Origin: Neocallimastix sp. 'constans'
Lineage: Eukaryota
DNA length: 64,000 nt
NCBI GenBank assembly: GCA_050613775.1
Contig: JBODTK010000106.1
Location: 434,001-498,000, forward strand
Direction: 5' to 3'
Both the position numbers and the translations under genes were made by a program. Shown piece by piece: positions 1-21,693 of the stretch. The notes under the pieces were generated by a model. That model made no database searches. It was not told where the DNA came from and was given only the letters and a program-made list of their open reading frames with translations. Each line of letters starts with the position of its first letter. The first letter of the stretch is position 1.

Positions 1-5540
<5,540 letters not shown>

Positions 5541-5753
5541 GATTATTACAACTATATATTAATATAGAATAAAGAAGAAAAAAACAGATAATAATGGTAA
5601 TATTTCTGGCCCATATAAATATATTATATTAAATAATCTCATATAATTTTTATTATTGTATTTTTATAATAATTTAATTTTTATTTTTTATTTTTGTTGT
5701 TTTTTTTTGCCTTTGCTTTTGCTTTTGCTTTTTATTTTTTATTTCTTGTTTCG

Positions 5754-5827
<74 letters not shown>

Positions 5828-6256
5828 TTTATTTTTTATTATTTATTATGTGTCATATATTTATACTATATAAACTTTTTATAAAATTTAATCATGTTTT
5901 TTTTTTTTCCTTACTAAAAAAAATAGTTTTTTTATTTATAATCTTTATTTAAATTAGGTAATTATAAACTTATATATTTGCTATTACCAATACTAATAAT
6001 ACTGTTTAAAAAATACAAATCATTTTATATTTTCATATATATATTTATATTTAAGCAATCTTATTGTATTATTAATTTAAATAGAATATAATAAATGTAA
6101 AATAATTTGTACTTTTAAATATTTTAAACTTTGATTGCTATATTATATTAATGTAATTAAAAATAGATATAGCATATTCTTTTTTAATAGGTTTTAAATT
6201 TGAAATGATATACATGAATTTTTTTTTTTTTTTAATATAAAATAAATAAATTGAAA

Positions 6257-6337
<81 letters not shown>

Positions 6338-6526
6338 TAATTTTTGATTATATTAATTAAAATGGATTTAATATTTTATTTGTCCTTCTAAATATTTTTG
6401 AATTAATATTAATATAAAATAAAGATTATTTCAAAATTTTTAAATAACTATTATAGCTTATGGATAAATGTATATAGTTTTAACATACAAATAAATAACA
6501 ATTAAAGTATTTTATACTTTTATCGT

Positions 6527-6568
<42 letters not shown>

Positions 6569-7504
6569 CATTTTTATTTTAATAAATTTTAATATTAAAC
6601 TTTATTATTAAATATTTTTTCTTATTATCTTATCAATTATTCTTTCAAATTAATCCATTAAAAGAAACAAAACCATTTCTAAATGCTAAAGGACTTTATA
6701 ATAAAGATAATTCTATTTCTTTACAATGTTTCTCTATATAACCATTATTAAAAATGAATAAAAATGATTTAAAAATTAATATTATAAATGATTTAAAACT
6801 AACCCTATTAAACTTTTTATTTATAATATATTTAAATTAACATTTATTAACAAACATTAATAATTTTTATTTAAATAAAAAGATAATAATTCATATTTAA
6901 ATACAATAATGATATAATATTAAATTGTATTGTTAGCACATTTTAATCAATGGTACTGATATATTTATATAAATTTGTTAATTTTCATTATTATATATTT
7001 CTTATTATAACATGAATTTACACTGAACTTTAATTTATTAAAACACTTTGAAATATTAATATAATGGAAGATTGTAAGAATGAAAAAATGTGGAACGTAT
7101 TTTGATGCCTCTCTAGAAAGTGAAGATTTATGTTTGTTTAAATTAAAATTCTTTGAAAGTGATATTCCAATTTTGGAAAAGATGGTTGATTCATTTATTG
7201 GTAAATCTATTGGAAATGCCTTTGTTGGAGTTTGCTAATACATTGCCTTACATATCCAGAAATATTCCTTAATTGTTTATACTTAACAAAATATTTATCA
7301 TTTATATAATAAAAAATTTTTTTATAAATTTTTTTATGTTTATTGATTTTTATTATATAAATTTATTTCAAACTTTCATAATAATCTTAAGGAAAATGAT
7401 ATTTTAATAATACTTTATATTAGAATAATTAAATCAATAATATATTAATGACATTTATATTTTTTTATTTTTAATTAAAATATGGTAAAAGTGTATTATT
7501 ATCA

Positions 7505-7612
7505 ATAAGACTTCTACTTGAAAAGCCTTTTCGGGTATGTCTTATCATATTAGCCTTTCCTAAGGATTGGATTGTTTCTGTGTCGAAACAATCCAATCCC
7601 TAGGAAAGGCTA
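7505..7612. repeat. Two adjacent hairpins (inverted repeats), unclassified
   Basis: 7551-7578 TAGCCTTTCCTAAGGATTGGATTGTTTC pairs with 7585-7612 (one mismatch, 6-nt loop). 7505-7545 forms a second stem (ATAAGAC/GTCTTAT enclosing TACTTGAAAAG/CTTTTCGGGTA). Confidence 0.75.
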
Positions 7613-8347
7613 AGGCAATAGTAGTTTTTATTATTATTATCTATTATAATATGTAAAAGGGAAGAACATAGAAGTCCTATTGTACTCTATACTCACTTTT
7701 TCCAAAATTAAAAAAAATAAATATTTTTATAACTTATGAAATGTTAATTAATAGTAGAGTATTTTCTATTGGTCAAAATATATATTTATATTAAAATTAG
7801 AATCTTATAGTCTAAAGTTTAAAAATCAAAATTAATATTAATTTTATATTTTTTTTTTAATATTATATTTATATTTTTATTTTTATTTTCATTATTATTA
7901 TTTTTTTTAAAGTTTTATATTTAATATATTATATTTTAAAGATAACATTTTTCATATTTTTATATTTTTCTTCCTTATTAAATATAAATAAGTATAAAAA
8001 TATAATATAGTTATATTTTTATATGATGGCATAATTTTAATAAAAATAAAGTATTTAAAATAAAAATAAAAATAAAAATAAAAATAAAAACAAAAATATT
8101 ATATTATTAAATAATAAAAGACATAAGTAAAATTGTTTTTATAAAAATAAAATAATAGAATGTAGTAAAATAATAATAAAAAATTTACTATAAAAATTTC
8201 AAAAACATATATTTATTTTTATGTAAATTCATTTTAATTTTTGAAAAAATAAAAAATCAAACAAAATTTAAATTATATATTTAATTAAAAATAAATTATA
8301 TATTTAATTAAAAAAAAAAAAAAAGTATATATGAATATTATATACTT

Positions 8348-13955
<5,608 letters not shown>

Positions 13956-14332
13956 AAAAAATAAAAAAATAAAAAAATAAAAATAAAAAAAATTAAATAT
14001 AAAAAAAAAATAAATATAAAAAAAAATAAAAATAAAAAAAAAAAAATAAAATAAATATAAAGTTAAATATGATAAAAAAAAAATTAATAAAAAAACAATA
14101 AAGGGGGGATAGTATTTATCATTATTATTATTAATTATATAATTATTAAAACTTGAATAAAATATAATATTAAAAATAATATAAATATTACATTAAGTAA
14201 AAATTCAATTTTATCAATAAACATAAAAATAAAACTATAAATATAAAAAAAAATTACAAAATTTATGTATGAAAATAATTTATCTTTATTTTAAATGTTT
14301 AATTTAAATATGAAAATATATTGATTTTATTA

Positions 14333-14371
<39 letters not shown>

Positions 14372-14383
14372 TATTATTATTAG

Positions 14384-14418
<35 letters not shown>

Positions 14419-14458
14419 TAATGTTATTTAAATAATAGATATCATAATAAAAATATTA

Positions 14459-14498
<40 letters not shown>

Positions 14499-14532
14499 GT
14501 GATAATAATAATAATAGTAAATAATAATAAAT

Positions 14533-14534
<2 letters not shown>

Positions 14535-14579
<45 letters not shown>

Positions 14580-15219
14580 CTAAGAGAATAAATTATAAAA
14601 GTGCGTTAGAAGCAACTCTAACTTTTCCCATTCCTCGATGATAACACCACGTCCGTTATTACGAGTAATAATTTCAGAATTAGTGTCTAACGAATTTGTA
14701 TTAATTTTTTCACCGGGAGGTGAAAATCCATGCCTTATTATTTCGACGTCGACGCTCTTGGCAACGATAGATTCAACGGAATACCATTTCATCATCAAAC
14801 TAAAAGATCGACAAATTAATGGTATTACGTTTGTTAAAAACTCCGCAATCCCCACAAAATACGGAACAATCGACGAAGTTGAACTTTGTTTAAAAATATT
14901 GCCAACTAATTGTCTTTGTTCCCCATCATTAACTTTAATTTTTTCATATATTGAACGCCCACCAAGAAGAGCACTCAATATAAAATAATAAATATTATTA
15001 TAATCCTTTTCTGAATCTAAAGAAACATTCAAGGATTTTTGTTCAATTATCATTGCAAACTTCAAAAAGAGATCATCTAGAAAAGGTAAAGATTTATTTC
15101 TGTAATTTTCCAATTCTTTACAGGCAAAGATCCAGTAAGAAAAGCTAGGTACACTAACACCACAACAAGGGCAACATTTAGGGCAATCTTCTGAGACGAT
15201 TTTTCTTTTAATGGAAATA
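14535..15219 (-). mobile_element. 5'-truncated LINE 3' fragment (CCHC-like knuckle to C-terminus, poly(A)); interrupted by the full-length LINE, with its remaining 5' bases at 20572-20580
   Basis: T-tract 14535-14576. Translation DISISIKRKIVSEDCPKCCPCCGVSVPSFSYWIFAC...LLGGRSI...SVDVEIIR is homologous to the C-terminus of the 1471-aa ORF and reads through once 15220-20571 is removed. Confidence 0.85.
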
Positions 15220-18200
15220 TTTTTTTTTTTTTTTTTTTTTTTTTAACGGCAGCAAACTTGTTTCATCTTTATTAATTAAATATTTGATAAAAATACATGT
15301 AATAAAATAATAAAAAAAAAAGATAAAAAAATAAACAAAAAATAAAACACAACACAAAATAAAAATAAAATAATGGTATAATATATTCTAGTTTCATTTA
15401 ATTAATATTTGTAAGACTTCACAAGGGCATTATTATACTGAAGTATAATAATTAACTTTGACTTCGCAATGTTAATCATAATTTTAAGATACAAAATTAT
15501 GATCTTCATTGGTTGCGCTAGCCCTGCTGGCCTGTCTTACTGTTTCTTCAGCATTGACGCTCTTGGTAGTAGTAGTACGATTCGATTTGAACCTATTGAA
15601 CAAAGACCATTGCTGGCCAATAGCAATAGGTATAATCGATTGGAGAAGTGCCGCAGTAACCACTAAGAACGGAGTATCAGAATAAGCACCTGATTTCATC
15701 TGGCACTTAAATAGATCCTTCCATTCCCTTGTACTGTTATTAATACTTCGACCTCCAAGAAGGAAATTAAACACTTTTTCACACACACTAGAATCAATAT
15801 ACACATTATTTTCAATACTATTACTAACATTACTAAAAATACTATTACTAATATTATTATTACTATTATAACTATTACTATTATTACTATTACTATTATC
15901 ATTATTACTATTAACAATATCATTTGTTAGGTTGCCACGGTAAAAAGCATTATATAAAAATAAAATTTTATCATTAACTTTACTACGAGTATGATTGAAA
16001 AAGGGACAATCAATTAACCAATGACTTATCCATTGTTTATTACTTTTACAACAGGGACAAAAATTAGGACACATTTGGTCCACTATTTTTGCAGCTTTAG
16101 CAATTCTAGCATCTAATCTATATCCGCTTCGTGCTCTCAATAGCCAATAGAAACCATATGAAAGATCAGGATAGTCATAACAAAGTTTTATAATTTTTGA
16201 TGTTTCTTCGAATTTGTTTTTGTCATAAAACTCAGCTTTAATAGAATTGATTTTCATATCTCTTTTCCAATAAAAATCCTTGATTTTATTATCGTTATTA
16301 CCTCTTTTCTCTAGTTTACGTTTAAGAGTTCTACTTTCTTTTGTCCATGTATATTTTCTAGATTTTGGAATATTATTAACTAAATAGGAAATAATACAAT
16401 TTGAATTTTTCCATTTATCAAAACATTTGACCTGAGACAAAGCACACCTAGCTGACAATGGAGGAATATGTAAATCTTTTGAAATAGAATATACATTAAT
16501 AAATGATTTGGCTTTTTGTATACCTGCAATCCATCTTAATCCTTTATTAATTAATTTCTGAGTATTATTTGTTCTCGTTTTATTCGAACCAAGTAAAGGT
16601 GCAAAGTAAGAGACTTTACTAAGTACATAAGAGTTAATTATAATCTTCTTAAATGGAATAGGAATTTTGGAATTTGAAAGAAATTTACTAACAGAAAAGA
16701 GAGATTTAGTTACTTTAGAGTTAAGTAATTTAATAATAGGTTTCAACGATAAGCTTTTATCAAATGGTATACCTAAATAGGTATAACATTTAGTTATTGG
16801 AATTGGTTGACCAGCAAGATAAAAAGTAGGATCTCTTTTATTTTGAAAAAGAGGTGTGTCTGGTCGAATTACCATCGTTGCACACTTATTAATTCCAAAA
16901 TTCATCATATTAAATTTAGCCCATTCATTTACCTTCTTAAGCATTTTTTTCAACTTAGTTCTTGACGGTGCGCATAGAACAATATCATCTGCAAAGAGTC
17001 CACCACAACATCTAGATTCGCCTAAAGGAATTCCAAGTTCTGAAACATCATTAAAAATGTCATTAATAAAAAGATTGAAAAGAATTGGTGATAGTGGACA
17101 ACCTTGTCTAACTCCTTTCATAATATTAAAAGATTCCGAATATTGATCATCAATTTTAACACTAGCTTTGGATGTCAAATATAGATTTTTTATAAATTGA
17201 TAACATTTACCTCTAATACCTAAAGCATCTAATTTATATAAAATATTACCTATTGGAACAGAATCATATGCCTTTTTTAAATCTAGAAAAGCTAGGTAAG
17301 TTTCTTTATTATCATTTTTACGCCTTTGACAAATTTCTCGAATTGAAATAAATAAACTAACACATTCTTCTTTAGTACGAAATCCAAATTGCTCTGGCCT
17401 AATAAAATTATTTTTAAGTCCATATTCTGAAATTCTTTTGGAGACTATTTTCGAAATGAGTTTAATACCATTGTTAATCAGAGAGATACCTCGATAATTG
17501 TCACAATCAGATAGATCATCTCCTTTTTTAGGAATAGATATAATACTTGCTTCATTCCATGAGCTAGGAAATTCTCCATTCCAAATTCTTGAGTATATCT
17601 TCTGTAAACAATTTAAACCAGAAGAAGAATTATTTACTGAATTTTCGTCATCCGGAGGAATTAAAGCTTTATAAAATTCAATAGGAATTCCATCCAGGCC
17701 TGAAGCTTTAAAATTTGGAGTAGCCAAAATTGCTTCTCTAATTTCTTCTATACTGATGTCTTGATTTATATCCCATTCATTGTGTCTCGTATACCTAAAT
17801 GTTCCATTGGAAAATTTATTATACCATTCGATTAATGCACTATTGATATCAGAATGGCTTGAAGCAAGTTTTTTATAGTGATTGTGCCATACTTCTAACT
17901 GTTCTTTAGTAGAAGTAGCTAGTTTACCATTTTTGTCCTTTACTGGAGAATTTGACATATTTTTAAATTTATCTACTTTTGCTGTTGTTTTAAGCCATTT
18001 CCAAGCTTTTTTAGGGTTATGAGATTTCATATATTCACATCCTGTATTAATCCAATGTTGGTATTCAGTTTTCCTATAAATATTACACATATGATGAATA
18101 ATTTTGCACATTCTATTATATTTATCAATTAATTCTTCAAATTCATCTAAATTATGATAAGAACCTCTTCTTTTAATGGATTTATATAATTTCATTTTGA

Positions 18201-20558
18201 GTTTTTGCAAATTAAATATTTTCTGCGACATATGAAAAAAAGATTTTCGAACTTCTGAAATTGACGTGATATTAAGTTCCTTAGCAATATTGAATGAAGT
18301 TGAAATAAATTTCTTTGAAATATCATCAATACTAATATTAGGATCTGGAATCACTTCCTCTAATACACTAAAATAGTTGTTGTCAAAAATTGATTCTTTT
18401 TCATTTATACATTTTAATCTATCCCATTTAACTGTCTTTTTAGGCAGAGAGAAAGAATTATCTGAATTAACTGATGAAAAACATTTACCTTTTATTAATA
18501 AAGGTTTATGATCCGAAATGGGTGGAAAGTCAATAAAAGTACCATATGAAAGTAAATCTAACATATGATCATTGACAATCGCATGATCTATATCAGATTC
18601 TCTATTACCTCTACTCCATGAAATTGGGGAGCCCCATAAGGGAAGAATTTTCCAATTACTAAATTTAGAGAGCAAATTACTTAATTTCTCAGTAGGTAAA
18701 TTAAAATCACCAACCAACATTGAAGGATGAGAAGAGTGACTATTTAACCAAGACAATATTTCAATTCTAGCAGCTCTAGCATGAAGGCTATGGCCACTAT
18801 GAGGTACGTACACATTACCAATAGAACATTTAGTGAAATTCCAAAAATTATAAGTATACAAGGAAATAATATACTCATAAGTGTTGTTTTCAAGAGAGGC
18901 TTGACAAGAATTATGAAACCCAATATAAAGACCTCTTTTACCGGGAATTTCATTATTAGCTTTTTTGAAGAAATGTTTGTAGTTTTTTAATGATACTCGA
19001 CATGGATATTTACTGCTAGAACCTGAACCATTTCCTGTTTCCTGAAAGCATAAGAAAAGTGGTTTGTACATTGAAATAAAGAATTCAACACTGTCTTTTT
19101 TATCAAAGTTCCATCCATTAGTATTCCAACTGACACATAGAGAAAATTCTTTAACTGTATTATTATTAATATGAGTGTTATTAATATTATTGGAATTATT
19201 ATAATTGATTGAACTGAAATTTGAATTTGAATCTGAGCTTGAAACTGAATTTAAACATAAATTTGAAATTGAACTTGAACTTGTACTTGAACTTGAACTT
19301 GAACTTGTACTTGAACTTGAACTTGAACCTGTACTTGAACTTGTACTTAAACTTGTACTTGAACTTGAACTTGAGCTTGTACTTGAACTTGGACTTGAAC
19401 TTGAACTTGAGCTTGTACTTGAACTTGAACATGAATCTGTATTTGAACTTGAATTTGAATTTTGACTTGAATCTGCATTTGAATTTGAAGTAGTGAATAA
19501 GTTGATATTATAAGATGAATTCACTTTTTCTGATAAGGCAAAATGTTTCCTTTTGAGTGAAGAAAAACTGTATTTATGATTCCTTTTGCTACAATTAATA
19601 ACGTTAATTGAAGCACGTTTGAAACTATTAATAATACAATCAGTAATAGATGTTAATTCTTCTTCATTACCTACTATTTTAATTTTAAAGAATGCATCAT
19701 TAAAATTAGCAATACGTTTAACTGATAAAACCTTATCATTTAATTCATTCAGAGTTTTCTTTAAATGTCTTCTCATTTTGATTTCTGGCCAAGATCGAAG
19801 TCCGCGGATAAAGAGTAGTTTCGTATTCTCCATTGGTATACCGTGGCACCTTGAACCTCTTAGAATGAAATTCTTATTTCTTATAAATTGGATTTCCATA
19901 ATAGTAATAAAAAACTAAAAATTAATAACTAAAAAAAAAAAAATAAAAAAAAGTCAATTTTAATTATAAAGTCTTGAGTATAATGAGAATTGTAATAATT
20001 TTATATCTTTTTGGAGTAAATAATTTAGATAATTAGTAGTTTGTTGAATGATTGAAAAATAATTTGATTTAGCACTTTTTTCAGTATATTATTTAAATTG
20101 AATATCATAAAGTATTTAATGACTAAGATTGAATTGATGAAATAAAATGGCACAAAATTAGTAAAGAGTTAAATAAATTACTACAAGATTTAGAGTGAAT
20201 CAATCTCTTACAACGTGATACATGAAATATAAAGTTGAAATACAATTGAATACAATAGATTCTTACATGAGAATAGTAATACTACATGAAAATAGAAATA
20301 CAATAAAAATGTATTACTAATTCTTGGGTGTAACTTATTTAACAATGTTCCAAAAATGCACCATTATATTCCGCAGTGAGTGTTCACCAGAAAAATTTTA
20401 CCAATAACATTACCATTGCGCATAATGTTATTAATTAACACAAAATATAACTTTACTACTATTTTGCACCAGTACTGTGGATCTACTTTATAAGAGTAAA
20501 GTTAATTCCCCTTGCAGGCGATTTAAATACATAAATCGAGTACACCCCTGCTCGGGGA
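15220..20558 (-). mobile_element. Full-length non-LTR (LINE) retrotransposon with 13-bp TSD and poly(A) tail
   Basis: T25 at 15220-15244. Identical TTTAATGGAAATA at 15207-15219 and 20559-20571. Single uninterrupted 1471-aa ORF, ~660-nt 5' UTR and ~240-nt 3' UTR. Confidence 0.95.
15484..19899 (-). CDS. LINE polyprotein: N-terminal domain, Ser-rich linker, APE endonuclease, reverse transcriptase, CCHC knuckle
   Basis: APE motifs SWNTNG, FQET, GDFN, IDH, SDH. RT motifs IPKKG, NYRGISL, EQFGFR, FLDLKKAYDSV, GVRQGCPLSPILF, FADD, INKC, YLG. C-terminal CPCC..HWLIDC. Confidence 0.95.
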   Translation of the reverse strand: MEIQFIRNKNFILRGSRCHGIPMENTKLLFIRGLRSWPEIKMRRHLKKTLNELNDKVLSVKRIANFNDAFFKIKIVGNEEELTSITDCIINSFKRASINVINCSKRNHKYSFSSLKRKHFALSEKVNSSYNINLFTTSNSNADSSQNSNSSSNTDSCSSSSTSSSSSSSPSSSTSSSSSSSTSLSTSSSTGSSSSSSTSSSSSSSTSSSSISNLCLNSVSSSDSNSNFSSINYNNSNNINNTHINNNTVKEFSLCVSWNTNGWNFDKKDSVEFFISMYKPLFLCFQETGNGSGSSSKYPCRVSLKNYKHFFKKANNEIPGKRGLYIGFHNSCQASLENNTYEYIISLYTYNFWNFTKCSIGNVYVPHSGHSLHARAARIEILSWLNSHSSHPSMLVGDFNLPTEKLSNLLSKFSNWKILPLWGSPISWSRGNRESDIDHAIVNDHMLDLLSYGTFIDFPPISDHKPLLIKGKCFSSVNSDNSFSLPKKTVKWDRLKCINEKESIFDNNYFSVLEEVIPDPNISIDDISKKFISTSFNIAKELNITSISEVRKSFFHMSQKIFNLQKLKMKLYKSIKRRGSYHNLDEFEELIDKYNRMCKIIHHMCNIYRKTEYQHWINTGCEYMKSHNPKKAWKWLKTTAKVDKFKNMSNSPVKDKNGKLATSTKEQLEVWHNHYKKLASSHSDINSALIEWYNKFSNGTFRYTRHNEWDINQDISIEEIREAILATPNFKASGLDGIPIEFYKALIPPDDENSVNNSSSGLNCLQKIYSRIWNGEFPSSWNEASIISIPKKGDDLSDCDNYRGISLINNGIKLISKIVSKRISEYGLKNNFIRPEQFGFRTKEECVSLFISIREICQRRKNDNKETYLAFLDLKKAYDSVPIGNILYKLDALGIRGKCYQFIKNLYLTSKASVKIDDQYSESFNIMKGVRQGCPLSPILFNLFINDIFNDVSELGIPLGESRCCGGLFADDIVLCAPSRTKLKKMLKKVNEWAKFNMMNFGINKCATMVIRPDTPLFQNKRDPTFYLAGQPIPITKCYTYLGIPFDKSLSLKPIIKLLNSKVTKSLFSVSKFLSNSKIPIPFKKIIINSYVLSKVSYFAPLLGSNKTRTNNTQKLINKGLRWIAGIQKAKSFINVYSISKDLHIPPLSARCALSQVKCFDKWKNSNCIISYLVNNIPKSRKYTWTKESRTLKRKLEKRGNNDNKIKDFYWKRDMKINSIKAEFYDKNKFEETSKIIKLCYDYPDLSYGFYWLLRARSGYRLDARIAKAAKIVDQMCPNFCPCCKSNKQWISHWLIDCPFFNHTRSKVNDKILFLYNAFYRGNLTNDIVNSNNDNSNSNNSNSYNSNNNISNSIFSNVSNSIENNVYIDSSVCEKVFNFLLGGRSINNSTREWKDLFKCQMKSGAYSDTPFLVVTAALLQSIIPIAIGQQWSLFNRFKSNRTTTTKSVNAEETVRQASRASATNEDHNFVS

Positions 20559-21029
20559 TTTAATGGAAATACTAATGTCAAAAATAATAAATAATAATAA
20601 TATTAATAATAAAATCAATAAATTATATTAAAAATATTTTTATAAAATTTATTTAATATTTGTCATACGTTTTAAGGAATTTTATATGATAAAAAATAGT
20701 TTATGTAATATTATTTAATAGATTTTTTTTATTTTAAATTTTATAAATAAAATTATTCATAGATTTTTTTTATTTTAAATTTTATAAATAAAATTATTAA
20801 GTATTTTTTCAAGATAAAGATACTTTAAATTTTTAAAGTGAATAAAATCATAAAAAAAAAAAAAAAAAAAATAAAATAAAATAAAAAATTAAAAATATCG
20901 ATTTATTTAATTTATAAAATTTAATTAAGGTATAATTATTTTAATGAAATACATATATCTTTGTATTAATTTTTTATTATAAATATTATATAATAATCTT
21001 TTAATAAAAAAATATTATGTAAAATTAAT

Positions 21030-21250
21030 ATAATAGATAGTTTTATGTACAATTTTTATGAAAAATAATTTAATAGTTAGTTTTATATACAATTTTTATG
21101 AAAAATAATTTAGTAGATAGTTTAATATACAATTATTGTGAAAAATAATAATAAATAGTTTTATATACAATTATTGTGAAAATAACATAATAAATAGTTT
21201 TATTATTAACTGTTATGAAAATTAATTCAATAAATAATTTTATATGCAAT
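21030..21250. repeat. Degenerate ~40-bp tandem repeat (about 6 units)
   Basis: Recurring TAGATAGTTTTATATACAATTTTTATGAAAAATAAT-like unit just downstream of chitinase 1. Confidence 0.75.
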
Positions 21251-21269
21251 TATACTAATTTTATTTTCT

Positions 21270-21408
21270 TTAACAATAAGATGGAATACCACACCTAATT
21301 TTTTATTATAATCAATTATATAAACACAAATAATTAATTAATTAGTATTGCATTCATAAATATATACATTAATTATCAAATAATATTTTTAAATAATTAA
21401 TATATTTT

Positions 21409-21483
<75 letters not shown>

Positions 21484-21657
21484 GCAATTACCATCTGCCA
21501 TTTTCTATACCCCATTTTTTATTATAAGATTTATCTAGTACAGATACACATTCACTACAGCATGAATATCCGTAGGCTTCTGCCCAGCATTTATTTATTT
21601 TATTGAGACATTCATAGGTTAAACTACACCTATTATTTATTAAATATAAAATATTGT

Positions 21658-21693
<36 letters not shown>

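Noticed and set aside
7080..7238. 52-aa ORF faintly resembling the LINE N-terminal domain
   Set aside because: Too short, and the similarity is only impressionistic.
19199..19493. FK, LE and NL dipeptide-repeat ORFs
   Set aside because: Alternative frames of the 6-nt repeat encoding the LINE Ser linker.
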